Source: Flavobacterium sp. | GTDB taxonomy: Bacteria > Bacteroidota > Bacteroidia > Flavobacteriales > Flavobacteriaceae | Length of the DNA: 35,765 nt | Assembly: GCA_027483785.1 (NCBI GenBank) | Contig: JAIXTU010000187.1 | Location: forward strand, 1 to 35,765 | Reading direction: 5' to 3' | In this document: positions 17,486 to 26,375 of the stretch, in pieces | How the letters are laid out: each line of letters opens with the position of its first letter | Position numbering within the stretch: the stretch's first letter is position 1 | Made by a program: the position numbers and the translations under genes | The notes under the pieces: model-generated | Database searches by the model: none | Told to the model about the DNA's origin: nothing | Seen by the model: only the letters and a program-made list of their open reading frames with translations

Positions 17486-19012
17486 ATGAAGCTCACGGAC
17501 AAAGATCACTTGCAGGCGTGGCGGGAGTTTTGCGACAATATGGATCGCGCAACTCCGATTGACCAAAATGAGACTCAGCAGGGGAAGCTCAAAAGAATTA
17601 AGCGGTTAGAGGCTGATGACGAAGCTTGGTTTAAATACTACTTTCCCAACTTCTACACCTCTGAACCTGCCGATTTTCACAAAAAGTCGACTAGACGCGT
17701 CATGACTAAAGACGAACTGTATATCGTTCGCTCCTGGTCGCGTGAGCTCTCCAAGTCCGGACGTACCATGATGGAAGTTCTGAAGCTGTGTTTGACAGGC
17801 AAAAAGAAAACGGTTTTGCTTGCCTCGGCCAGTTACGACTCAGCTGTTAACTTATTGCTGCCATACAAAGGTATTTTAGAAAGCAACAATCGTATCATTC
17901 AAGACTACGGCGTTCAAAAGCGGCCTGGCAGCTGGAGTGATGGTAAATTCGTTACTCGAAAAGGAGTGTCGTTTCGCGCGCTCGGAAAAGGCCAAAGCCC
18001 ACGGGGTGCTCGAAATAATGAAGCCCGTCCGGATGTAATCCTTATCGACGATATCGATACCGACGAAGAAGTACGTAATCCAGACCTAATCAAAGAAGCA
18101 ATTAAGTGGATTGAGCAGGCGCTTATTCCAACACGTTCAGTTAGCAAAGGATTACTAATTATTGCCTGTGGAAACATAATTGCAAAAGAATGCTGTATCA
18201 CAGCGATGGGTGCTAAAGCCGACTATTGGGAAGTGGTAAACATTCGCGATAAAAACGACAAGAGCTCTTGGCCACAAAAGAACGCTGAGGCAGATATCCA
18301 AAGAATTGAAAACATGATTTCCTACGAATCTTTTCAGAAGGAATACATGAACAATCCGATGGATGGCGGCGACACTTTCAAAGAATTGACATTCGAACAA
18401 CTGCCTCAGATGCGCCATTGTGATTTTGTAGTGATTTATGCCGATCCTGCAACTAGTAATCGCGAAGTGTCAAAAGCCAGTTCTAAAGCCATTGTAATTG
18501 TAAGCAACAAAGGTTTTAGATTCCATGTACATAAAGCCTGGGTAGATCAAATGAGTAATGCAACGTTCTGCGAAATCTTATTCGTGGCCTACGAACTGTG
18601 TAAAAAAGCAGGTGTCGATACTCCTTTTTTATTTATCGAAAATAACACGCTTCAAGACCCTTTTTACGAACAGGTTTTATTGCCGCATATTTATCGCATC
18701 AGCAATGAGCGAAATGTTTCATTACCCATTACGCCCGACACACGAAAAAAGCCGGACAAGTTTGTCCGTATTGAAGGAACGCTGGAACCTAAAAACAGAC
18801 TCGGCAACTTAGTTTTCAATGCCTCAGAAAAAGACAATCCCGGTATGCAGAAACTCGAGGCGCAATTTCTGTCGTTCTCGCGAAAAGCCAAACTGATGGA
18901 CGGACCCGACGCCGTGGAAGGTGCTGTAAAAGTTATTGAAGACAAAGTGGTTTCTCAAGCCAATGATTCCATCGAAACATTTAAACGCAAACCAACCTCT
19001 AAACGTTTTTAA
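17486..19012 (+). CDS. terL: Terminase large subunit
   Basis: SRELSKS Walker A variant, RPDVILIDD Walker B, YADPA and DGPDAVEGA nuclease motifs. Confidence 0.88.
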   Translation: MKLTDKDHLQAWREFCDNMDRATPIDQNETQQGKLKRIKRLEADDEAWFKYYFPNFYTSEPADFHKKSTRRVMTKDELYIVRSWSRELSKSGRTMMEVLKLCLTGKKKTVLLASASYDSAVNLLLPYKGILESNNRIIQDYGVQKRPGSWSDGKFVTRKGVSFRALGKGQSPRGARNNEARPDVILIDDIDTDEEVRNPDLIKEAIKWIEQALIPTRSVSKGLLIIACGNIIAKECCITAMGAKADYWEVVNIRDKNDKSSWPQKNAEADIQRIENMISYESFQKEYMNNPMDGGDTFKELTFEQLPQMRHCDFVVIYADPATSNREVSKASSKAIVIVSNKGFRFHVHKAWVDQMSNATFCEILFVAYELCKKAGVDTPFLFIENNTLQDPFYEQVLLPHIYRISNERNVSLPITPDTRKKPDKFVRIEGTLEPKNRLGNLVFNASEKDNPGMQKLEAQFLSFSRKAKLMDGPDAVEGAVKVIEDKVVSQANDSIETFKRKPTSKRF

Positions 19013-19013
19013 A

Positions 19014-19475
19014 ATGCCACTAGTTACCGTAGAAGATTTACAAACGGAATTGTATCCGGAGATAATCGACCAAATCACACGCAACAACGAACAGGAGGTG
19101 CTGGATCAAATCGCTGCAGCAGAAAGTTTTGCCAAAGGATTTTTGTTTAAGTACGATACCATTGCCTTATTCGGAACCGACACGCAGGCACCAACTGTAG
19201 TGGACGAGAATTTAAAAAAGGTCATCAAGATCATTGCAAGTTATTGGTTGCTTCGCAAATCGAGCCCAAACAGTTCCTTAGACTTATACCGGGAGGATTG
19301 GCAGCTTATGATCGGAACCAAGCAGGAGCCTGGATGGCTTACTGATGTAAAAGAAGGACGCATCAATCCGGATTGGCCGTATAAGCCAAACGATCCTTCA
19401 ACTGAAATAGCTGAAGACAAACAGCACGCAGACGTTTCATTTTCTTCTAATCGTAAAAGACAAAACTCATTTTAA
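19014..19475 (+). CDS. Mu gp36-like (DUF1320) head-tail adaptor
   Basis: Likely start ATG 19014; IASYWL...WLTDVKEG pattern. Confidence 0.75.
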   Translation: MPLVTVEDLQTELYPEIIDQITRNNEQEVLDQIAAAESFAKGFLFKYDTIALFGTDTQAPTVVDENLKKVIKIIASYWLLRKSSPNSSLDLYREDWQLMIGTKQEPGWLTDVKEGRINPDWPYKPNDPSTEIAEDKQHADVSFSSNRKRQNSF

Positions 19476-20821
19476 TGGCAAAGGTTAATAAAACAACAAA
19501 GGCAACTGAACCAATAATCGTACACGATCTTACACTGGTAGCGCCTGATCGCACGCCAAAAGATATTGGAAAGTTAAAAGAATCAATTACTGCCGCCGAG
19601 GCAATTCATTATCCAAATCGAGTACAGCTCTACGATTTATACCACGACGTACTCTCGGTAGACGGTTACCTTCGCGGCATTAAAGATAAACGCATTAAAT
19701 CTGTTTTAAACAAACGGATTAAATTCGTTGACAAGGAGGGTAAAGAAATCCGATCGACAACCGACGCTATCAATTCCAAAGCAGGGCGCGAGGTGATCAA
19801 TCAAATCATGCAGAGCCTGTTCTGGGGAGTCAGCGGTATGGAGTTTGTCGTTGGCGATGAGTTTAAAGTCGTCGAAATTGAACGCAAACACATCAAACCT
19901 GAGAAAGGTCTGATAACGCGATCGCAATACGGGTTATCACCGCAGGACGGATATGTCATTGATGATTTGCCTTTTGTCTGGGTTGTAGGTAACCCGAAAG
20001 ATTTAGGGCTGCTGTTGCCATGTAGTATGTACTCGATATATAAACGTGGGAACTACGGCGATTGGGCGCAGTATATTGAAATTTTCGGACACCCCGTACG
20101 TGTCATTTACTACGACGCATACGACACGAAAACAAAAGAAGAGCTTCGGAAAATATTGAACGAAACGGGAAGCAGTTTAGCAATGATGTTGCCTAAACAA
20201 GCGCAGTTTGAAATGAAGGATGGCAAATCATCTAACGGCGATGGCAAGCTTCAAGACCTCTTTAGAGGAGCTTTAAATGACGAGATGGCTATTTGTGTTC
20301 TCGGAAATACCGAAACCACTACTTCGTCTACCAGTTCTGGTTACGCACAATCCAAAGAGCACGGTGAACAGCAGGATGAAATTACTGCAGCTGATCTGAT
20401 CTTTGTTGAACAGGAGCTTAACTCTGCTAAGTTTTTGGGAATCTTAGCTAGTTATGGCTTAGATGTAAACGGTAAGTTTGAGTTTGAGCTGGAGCTGAAT
20501 TTAGCAAAACTCAAACTTCGTTTAGAAATTGATTCGGTTGTGTGTAAAATTGTTCCAATAGCAGACGACTATTGGTACAAAACATACGGCATCACCAAGC
20601 CCGATAACTACGATGAGTTGAAGGCAAAAATGGAATCGAGTCAGCAAGCTGTACAAGCTCCAGAACCTCCGGAACCAGTTGATCCAAAAAGCAAAAAGCC
20701 GGTAGCGAAAAAGCCTGTTATTAAACCCGAAGAGGATTCACTGGCAGTGCCGATGTCTTATTCTTTACGCCGTCGAATTTTTACAGCCTTAGCCGATTTT
20801 TTCGACCGAGCCCAACATTAG
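19475..20821 (+). CDS. Portal protein (Mu gp29/DUF935-like)
   Basis: LGLL...WAQYIEIFGHPVR and VLGNTETT...GYAQSKEH motifs. Confidence 0.88.
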   Translation: MAKVNKTTKATEPIIVHDLTLVAPDRTPKDIGKLKESITAAEAIHYPNRVQLYDLYHDVLSVDGYLRGIKDKRIKSVLNKRIKFVDKEGKEIRSTTDAINSKAGREVINQIMQSLFWGVSGMEFVVGDEFKVVEIERKHIKPEKGLITRSQYGLSPQDGYVIDDLPFVWVVGNPKDLGLLLPCSMYSIYKRGNYGDWAQYIEIFGHPVRVIYYDAYDTKTKEELRKILNETGSSLAMMLPKQAQFEMKDGKSSNGDGKLQDLFRGALNDEMAICVLGNTETTTSSTSSGYAQSKEHGEQQDEITAADLIFVEQELNSAKFLGILASYGLDVNGKFEFELELNLAKLKLRLEIDSVVCKIVPIADDYWYKTYGITKPDNYDELKAKMESSQQAVQAPEPPEPVDPKSKKPVAKKPVIKPEEDSLAVPMSYSLRRRIFTALADFFDRAQH

Positions 20822-20827
20822 TTGGGC
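20797..20827 (+). promoter_or_regulatory. Predicted -1 programmed ribosomal frameshift signal
   Basis: In-frame T TTT TTC heptamer, 6-nt spacer, GCCCAAC-atta-GTTGGGC hairpin. Confidence 0.75.
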
Positions 20828-20994
20828 AATTACAGCACCTTTATGATCTGAAGTGCGACACTTGTAACGGCGATGTTCCGGACCTTGCCGCAGGTGATTC
20901 GCTCGATACTATTTACAATCAAATCGCGAAATCGCTTTTAGACGGTACTGCCTCTGAAATTAACGCAGACTTACATCTGTATACAGCTAATCGA

Positions 20995-22074
20995 TTGATT
21001 GAAGCTTTGAATAAAGGTTTAGGCATTACCACATTAGCTTACGATTCAGATTTAGGCGAATTGGTTAGTGCGCTGCAACGAAATATCTATGCATTTTCAG
21101 CGGCAAAAAGCTTTACTCAAATGAAACACTTTCGTGATCTAATGATTGGAGCTGATGGTAAACTTTTAGAGTACGGCTCTTTTCGCAAGGTAGTATCTGA
21201 TCAAGGATACATTTTTAACAACAACTATTTAAAAGCGGAATACCATGTGGCCAAATACAGCGCGGTGATGGCCAATAAATGGGAAAACTTGACTTCTGAA
21301 TATTTGGAATATTCCACGGTGGGTGATCGTAGAGTACGTCCGGAGCACGCACGATTAGACAAGTTTACCGCTTTTAAATCTGATCCGGTTTGGAACAAAA
21401 TTTACCCGATTAAAGCATGGGGTTGCCGCTGTACAGTTGTTCCTGGTAAGGCACAAAATGCTGAAAAAACGATGACCTCCATCGAAGCCGCGCAGATGAT
21501 GAAGCCGCTTATTAAAGATACAATCTTCGATAATCATGTGGGTAAAAGTAGAACGGTCTTTACAGATAAACATCCTTTTTTTAAGTTCAATAACAAGAGG
21601 GCGACTTGGCGGCAGTATGGACTTAAGTCTGAGGCCTACATAAAGGAAGGCAACTTACCAACTTTTGAGCCTAAAACTCGAGAACAGTATTTTGAATGGT
21701 GGAGAAATCAACCGAAATCACACAGCACTGGCATCATCGTAAAAGACGTGCTTAATAGAGAAATTTTGTTAGACGAATATACAAAAGGAATGATGGGAAC
21801 GGCGAACCGGTATTTTAGAGACCACGTTTTAATCGGCCCTAAATCAAGCGAGAAACGCCATGAGTTTGCTTGGTTAGCTCCCGACATTCTTGAAAACCCT
21901 GACGAAATTTGGTTACAAGAAAAGCAAACGAATTACATAAAATACTTTGAAGGTGCAACCATTAAGCTCGTGATTGTTGACGGTAAAAGGGCTAAGACGA
22001 TGTTTAGGTTTTACGAGGTCGATTCAGGCGAACTATCCGATGCACGAAGCGGGCTGCTTATGTATAGAAAATAG
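20995..22074 (+). CDS. MuF/SPP1 gp7-like head morphogenesis protein with a C-terminal PBECR-like nuclease domain
   Basis: YSTVGDRRVRPEHARLD...WGCRCTV MuF motif; LENPDEIW...YIKY...RSGLLMY C-terminus. The frame is open upstream to 20725. Confidence 0.82.
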   Translation: MIEALNKGLGITTLAYDSDLGELVSALQRNIYAFSAAKSFTQMKHFRDLMIGADGKLLEYGSFRKVVSDQGYIFNNNYLKAEYHVAKYSAVMANKWENLTSEYLEYSTVGDRRVRPEHARLDKFTAFKSDPVWNKIYPIKAWGCRCTVVPGKAQNAEKTMTSIEAAQMMKPLIKDTIFDNHVGKSRTVFTDKHPFFKFNNKRATWRQYGLKSEAYIKEGNLPTFEPKTREQYFEWWRNQPKSHSTGIIVKDVLNREILLDEYTKGMMGTANRYFRDHVLIGPKSSEKRHEFAWLAPDILENPDEIWLQEKQTNYIKYFEGATIKLVIVDGKRAKTMFRFYEVDSGELSDARSGLLMYRK

Positions 22075-22165
22075 AAAAGTGAAACTATATCAGTCGGGCA
22101 AGTTGGGTTAGAACTACCGAAATCATGTTTCACTTTTACATTGCAAGTATAGTAAAAAATTCAAT

Positions 22166-22729
22166 ATGAAGCCCGAACAGTTTTCAATCGAATTAAAAAA
22201 GGCGTCCGAGCAACTCGAGCGTTTTGCGACAACACGCTTTCCAGCGGTTGCTGCTGAGATAACCGAGCGCTTTATAAACGGTAACTTTCGGGCGCAAGGA
22301 TGGCAAGGCGAGGGCTTTAGTAAGTGGCCTAAAAGTAAAGGCGGACGTGGAACTACCTTAGTTGATACCGGAACCATGCGCGCGGCAACGTACATTGTTT
22401 CGGGACCCGGACAAATTACCATTCGCAACTCTACACCGTATGCAAAAGCACACAACGAGGGTTTTAGGGGAACGGTAAGCGTATCGGCGCATACGCGCAA
22501 CAAGTATACACGTTTTAAAGTTGGTACCGGTCGATTAACCAAAACAGGTCGCGAACGCAAAGTTTCAATGATGGCCAAAACAGGCTCTACAAGCGTAAAA
22601 GCACACACACGTAAGGTTAACATACCGCAACGACAATTTATACCCACAGCAAGCTCCGGAAGCCCTGTATTGAGCCGAGCTATTGAGCGGCAAGTTGTAA
22701 ATGAACTAAAACACATTATTACATTATGA
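22166..22729 (+). CDS. Virion morphogenesis protein (Mu gpG-like)
   Basis: LVDTGTMR, PYAKAHNEG and IPQRQFI motifs. Confidence 0.82.
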   Translation: MKPEQFSIELKKASEQLERFATTRFPAVAAEITERFINGNFRAQGWQGEGFSKWPKSKGGRGTTLVDTGTMRAATYIVSGPGQITIRNSTPYAKAHNEGFRGTVSVSAHTRNKYTRFKVGTGRLTKTGRERKVSMMAKTGSTSVKAHTRKVNIPQRQFIPTASSGSPVLSRAIERQVVNELKHIITL

Positions 22730-23232
22730 ATTCAGCATACTCAAAACTTTATTTAGACCTGCAATCAGCCATTAAAAACGCAATTCCTGAGATTACATTT
22801 ATTGAGCAATATTTTGGTCAAGATAAATTCGAAGACTTTATTAGCAGGGTGTCTTTTCCTGCAGCGCTTATTGATTTCCCGGACTCTTCATTTAGTAACC
22901 TGAGTGAAATTGATTTGTTGGCAAAGGTAAAAATAGCAGTACTGCTGATGTTCAATACGCATTCACAAACGTATCATATGGCTCCTGAGGCGGTGCGTGA
23001 ACGGGGCTTGGAGTATTTAGAATGCGAGCACAAAATAATCGCGTTACTTCATGGCTGGGACGCCGACTATTGCACCAATTTAGTTTTGCAGAATATTCGT
23101 AGCCGCAACGTTAATCCAGACGGAATTCGCATGCGTGAATTGATCTTTGAAACCGAGCTTTTTATGATTCGTGAAAGCGATGAAACGACATCGTTCACAT
23201 TTAGCTTTACCGGCTCAATCGAAAAGCCGTAA
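22726..23232 (+). CDS. Mu gp37-like tail terminator
   Basis: YFGQ...FPAALIDF...LHGW pattern; synteny. Confidence 0.65.
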   Translation: MNSAYSKLYLDLQSAIKNAIPEITFIEQYFGQDKFEDFISRVSFPAALIDFPDSSFSNLSEIDLLAKVKIAVLLMFNTHSQTYHMAPEAVRERGLEYLECEHKIIALLHGWDADYCTNLVLQNIRSRNVNPDGIRMRELIFETELFMIRESDETTSFTFSFTGSIEKP

Positions 23233-23421
23233 CTGATCGGCGTTTTTAGGGATTACAGTTCCTTTATAATTTACCCAAGTCCGGTAAGAAATGTGGATGT
23301 TATGCTTGGGAAAAATGACCCGAACAATATGCGTATCGGGTACATCGGCGTGCTTATACGCTCGGTACAGCTCCAAGATGTGAGCAATCTTCTTTAACTG
23401 ATTTTTGCGATTGTAAGCCAT
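23215..23421 (-). CDS. Small DNA-binding protein (possible late regulator)
   Basis: IFPKHNIHISYRTWVNY HTH-like segment; QLRLF C-terminus; own promoter. Confidence 0.6.
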   Translation of the reverse strand: MAYNRKNQLKKIAHILELYRAYKHADVPDTHIVRVIFPKHNIHISYRTWVNYKGTVIPKNADQLRLFD

Positions 23422-23425
23422 GTCC

Positions 23426-23433
23426 CAAAAGTA
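23426..23433 (-). promoter_or_regulatory. Bacteroidota -7 element giving a near-leaderless mRNA
   Basis: TACTTTTG lies 4 nt before ATG 23421. Confidence 0.55.
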
Positions 23434-23526
23434 TCTGGCGAAAAAATGCTTTGCAACGTGACTTTTGAGAATTTTTTATTTGAATATCTTTTACTTGTAG
23501 CAAGGAAAATTGGTAGAGGTAGAAAT

Positions 23527-23556
23527 AAAAAGTCTCCCAAAAAATTGAGAGACTTT
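23527..23556 (-). terminator. Rho-independent terminator of the early/Rha operon
   Basis: AAAGTCTCTCAA...TTGGGAGACTTT followed by a T-rich tail on the minus strand. Confidence 0.65.
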
Positions 23557-23575
23557 AGTGAATGGAGTTATAAAG

Positions 23576-23782
23576 TTACTTAAGACAAAGTTGGTCGGTT
23601 TCGAACTCAATTAGCTTGACAAGCTCTACAGCCCAGTAGCAATCATCATGATTTTTAAAATCGTCGCGCTGGCTTGAAACCAAATTTAGTACTGCGGTTT
23701 TCATCAATAAAACATCGTAAACATCTGTCTTAGATATATTGGTTTTTATAACTATGTTGCTGTTTTCATCGAGGCCAATCAT
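23576..23782 (-). CDS. Hypothetical protein
   Basis: ATGA overlap with the upstream gene. Confidence 0.6.
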   Translation of the reverse strand: MIGLDENSNIVIKTNISKTDVYDVLLMKTAVLNLVSSQRDDFKNHDDCYWAVELVKLIEFETDQLCLK

Positions 23783-24012
23783 ACGTTATCGCTTTTAAGT
23801 TCAACATTAAATGACTTACATGTATTGCAGATAATCAAGCGCTGCACTATTCGTTCTCCTGAGATCAGAATAACACTTTTGCGCCTTTCGTTTACTTTAT
23901 GATTGCACTCTAGTGTTGTGCGTACAAACCAATTTTGAGGATGACTTTTAGCAAAAGATTTCGCAAACGCAGTTAGCTCTTCTTTGCTCCGGAAGTATTG
24001 CGTTGGTTTCAT
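23779..24012 (-). CDS. Hypothetical protein (possible Zn-binding)
   Basis: CNH...CNTC motif; coupled to the Rha gene. Confidence 0.6.
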   Translation of the reverse strand: MKPTQYFRSKEELTAFAKSFAKSHPQNWFVRTTLECNHKVNERRKSVILISGERIVQRLIICNTCKSFNVELKSDNV

Positions 24013-24803
24013 TACTTCACATTATTAATTTTACCATTTGTCAACAATTCAACAACATAGTCTTTATTGACAGGTTTTTTAAACAACGAAAACAATATTT
24101 CGTTCATCTCAGCATCTGTAAAGAAGTAAGTATAAGGGTTGTCTTCGTCTTTTTTTCTATCAATATTAAAAACGTCCTTGTAGATTGTCGCTATAATTCC
24201 GTAAGGTACACGATTACTCACTTTTACCCATTCTGAAAAAGCTACAACGTTTATAAACCACGGTTCTTGGTGGCCAATTTTTACTTTTAATCTATTGTTA
24301 TCACCCCAGCGGTTTAATAAGTGTGTCGGCGTAGAATCATACCCCATCATCCTAGATATGGGAGCTAGCTTGGCATAGATAGCGCCGTCTATTACATAAA
24401 TTTGATTAGACAAGTTGCCCATTTTTACTGTAATGACTGTTTTTTCAGGATAAACTCCGGCGTTTTGATCAATAAGTAATGGATTGGTTTGAACTTTTCG
24501 TTCCAGTTCAGACCATCTAATAATTACTTTTGCCCGAGCTTCGTCATTGAATTTTGTAGATACATATAAGCATTCATCCCTAGTAAGTTCATATTCAGGA
24601 TTTTTCTTTCCCGAAGAATCTACATATTCACTCAACGCAAATTTGCGTTCAGTTACTTTTTCCCAAGCAGGCTCCATTGTCTTAATAGACCTTAAGACTT
24701 CGGTATGCCTTTTTCCTGCAATTTCTGCAATTTCACGACTAGTCATCGTGTTTTTTGTTTGCTCGTTTACTGTCGGAGCTAGACTTCTTTTTGTTGCATT
24801 CAT
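24012..24803 (-). CDS. rha: Rha-family regulatory/antirepressor protein
   Basis: MTSREIAEIAGKRHTEVLRSI...YVDSSGKKNPEYELTRDECL...IIRWSELE. Likely start ATG 24803. Confidence 0.8.
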   Translation of the reverse strand: MNATKRSLAPTVNEQTKNTMTSREIAEIAGKRHTEVLRSIKTMEPAWEKVTERKFALSEYVDSSGKKNPEYELTRDECLYVSTKFNDEARAKVIIRWSELERKVQTNPLLIDQNAGVYPEKTVITVKMGNLSNQIYVIDGAIYAKLAPISRMMGYDSTPTHLLNRWGDNNRLKVKIGHQEPWFINVVAFSEWVKVSNRVPYGIIATIYKDVFNIDRKKDEDNPYTYFFTDAEMNEILFSLFKKPVNKDYVVELLTNGKINNVK

Positions 24804-24827
24804 CTTATTTGAGATTTTAATGTATGC

Positions 24828-24954
24828 GAGCTTTCCTTTAGGTGTCTCAAACCATTCATAGAATGGAATTACAGCCCTTTCGGAACTGCTCACCTTGGGA
24901 AAGCTCTTATTGTCGATAAAATTTTATATAGATTACTCTATAAATGGTTTGAGA
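24828..24954 (-). ncRNA. Structured leader RNA upstream of rha (C4/CI-like architecture)
   Basis: 12-bp stem 24845-24856/24943-24954, GAAA-capped hairpin 24872-24888, crossing pairings 24828-24836/24898-24906 and 24840-24844/24891-24895. Confidence 0.6.
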
Positions 24955-24958
24955 GCGA

Positions 24959-24988
24959 CAAACATACAAAATATTTAAGTTTTACAAA
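24959..24988 (-). promoter_or_regulatory. Bacteroidota promoter (-33 TTTG, -7 TATGTTTG)
   Basis: TTTG 24988-24985, 18-nt spacer, TATGTTTG 24966-24959. Confidence 0.65.
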
Positions 24989-25052
24989 ATATCGGCTAAG
25001 TTGAATGGCAAAAAGTTAATGAGGCGGATTTATTGCGATGTAGTTAAATCAA

Positions 25053-25412
25053 TTATTTAAATCGAATTAAATCGTGTTGTAGTAGATAAATCAATCGACT
25101 TTGCAACTTGTTGCAAACCTCTAGTAACTTCTCGTCGGGAACTTTTATAAAGCCATCGCATACTTCGAGTATGATTTCACGTAATAGGTTATTACACACT
25201 AATTCGATAGGTAATCGGGCGCTTATTGTATAACCTTTTTCGTTTTCTTGAGACTTAAAATATTGCTCGCTTTCAACAAGTACATTCAATCTCTGAACAA
25301 ACCGATTCGATTGAATCAGTATGTCAACTTCCATCAGCTCAGAATCGCTGCACGCATCGAGAAACTTTTCCGGCGTGATGTCTATTTGATTGGTTTGGTT
25401 TATTACTGGCAT
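25053..25412 (-). CDS. Hypothetical protein
   Basis: ORF in the early operon. Confidence 0.6.
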   Translation of the reverse strand: MPVINQTNQIDITPEKFLDACSDSELMEVDILIQSNRFVQRLNVLVESEQYFKSQENEKGYTISARLPIELVCNNLLREIILEVCDGFIKVPDEKLLEVCNKLQSRLIYLLQHDLIRFK

Positions 25413-25416
25413 GGCA

Positions 25417-25644
25417 TTATTCTTTAGTATGTATAGAAAATCTTAACCTTGTTGGATCATAACCTAAAGTGTCGAGCTTTTTTGTAATCTCATACATTTT
25501 CTCTTGTAAAAACTCCATAGCCTCTTTTTGAACATCCTTAGAGGGAAACTTGTCGTATAGACGCGAATCTTCGTGGGTCATAAATGATTCATTGAATACA
25601 AAACCGGTTCGCGGTTTTTTCGTTCTGTAAATTAGTTTTGCCAT
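25417..25644 (-). CDS. Hypothetical protein
   Basis: ORF in the early operon. Confidence 0.6.
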   Translation of the reverse strand: MAKLIYRTKKPRTGFVFNESFMTHEDSRLYDKFPSKDVQKEAMEFLQEKMYEITKKLDTLGYDPTRLRFSIHTKE

Positions 25645-25652
25645 AATGTATT

Positions 25653-25976
25653 TTATTGGTTTTTAAAATGTTTTTTTACTATTTTATAATACTCTTCTAG
25701 TTCTGATTCATGTATTATCAATGGCAAGTAGTGATGCTTTGATATTGGCAATCCACAAATACAGTAAGCCTGATTACCAAGTCTTATTGTTTTCAATCTT
25801 TTCAAGTAAAAAGGAATTTGGACACCTTTTGTCAATTGATGATCCCCACATGTATTTCCTAACCAAACTTCGCCTTTGTTTAACTCATGATTACATGATC
25901 TGTGTTTAAAAGCATCATGTGTGTAATACTTCTCGGTTATCCATTCATATCCGGGTCGAGCAATGTCTTTGCACAT
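25653..25976 (-). CDS. Hypothetical protein
   Basis: ORF in the early operon; AT-rich. Confidence 0.55.
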   Translation of the reverse strand: MCKDIARPGYEWITEKYYTHDAFKHRSCNHELNKGEVWLGNTCGDHQLTKGVQIPFYLKRLKTIRLGNQAYCICGLPISKHHYLPLIIHESELEEYYKIVKKHFKNQ

Positions 25977-25979
25977 AGC

Positions 25980-26363
25980 TTAAAGCGTTCTTGATTCTTT
26001 ATACTCAGCTAAAAACTTGGATACTGCGTCGCGGAGATGGGCTATTGCATTTTCTCCAAAAAAAACTTGGCGGGAGCCGACGACCGAATACGCAAACCAG
26101 CTGTCGCGGTCGTAGAACGAGAACCCGGCACCCGAAGGAGAAGGCATTTTAAATATTGGATAACGCTTGGCCTTTCTGTCATCCCAATCCGGTAATGGAT
26201 CATCAACCTGTCGGCCATTGTAAGCCGCTACGATAAGCTCTTCTTTTCGCATACCTATTTCGTGAGGTCTAAGTCCTTTACACCAGTCGGCAAATGTTTC
26301 TGCAGTGTGTCCGTGATATTTCAAAACATCATCGAACGTTTGTAAATCTTTAATTGGGTCCAT
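25980..26363 (-). CDS. Hypothetical protein with a CLec/DGR-target-like C-terminal motif
   Basis: PDWDD...YPIF...GFSFYDRDSWFAYSVVGSRQVF. Confidence 0.6.
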   Translation of the reverse strand: MDPIKDLQTFDDVLKYHGHTAETFADWCKGLRPHEIGMRKEELIVAAYNGRQVDDPLPDWDDRKAKRYPIFKMPSPSGAGFSFYDRDSWFAYSVVGSRQVFFGENAIAHLRDAVSKFLAEYKESRTL

Positions 26364-26375
26364 TTGTTTGAATTT

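Noticed and set aside
20761-20994. Sequencing error or pseudogene at the portal/MuF junction
   Set aside because: A canonical slippery heptamer with a correctly spaced hairpin is better explained by programmed recoding, though reads should be checked.
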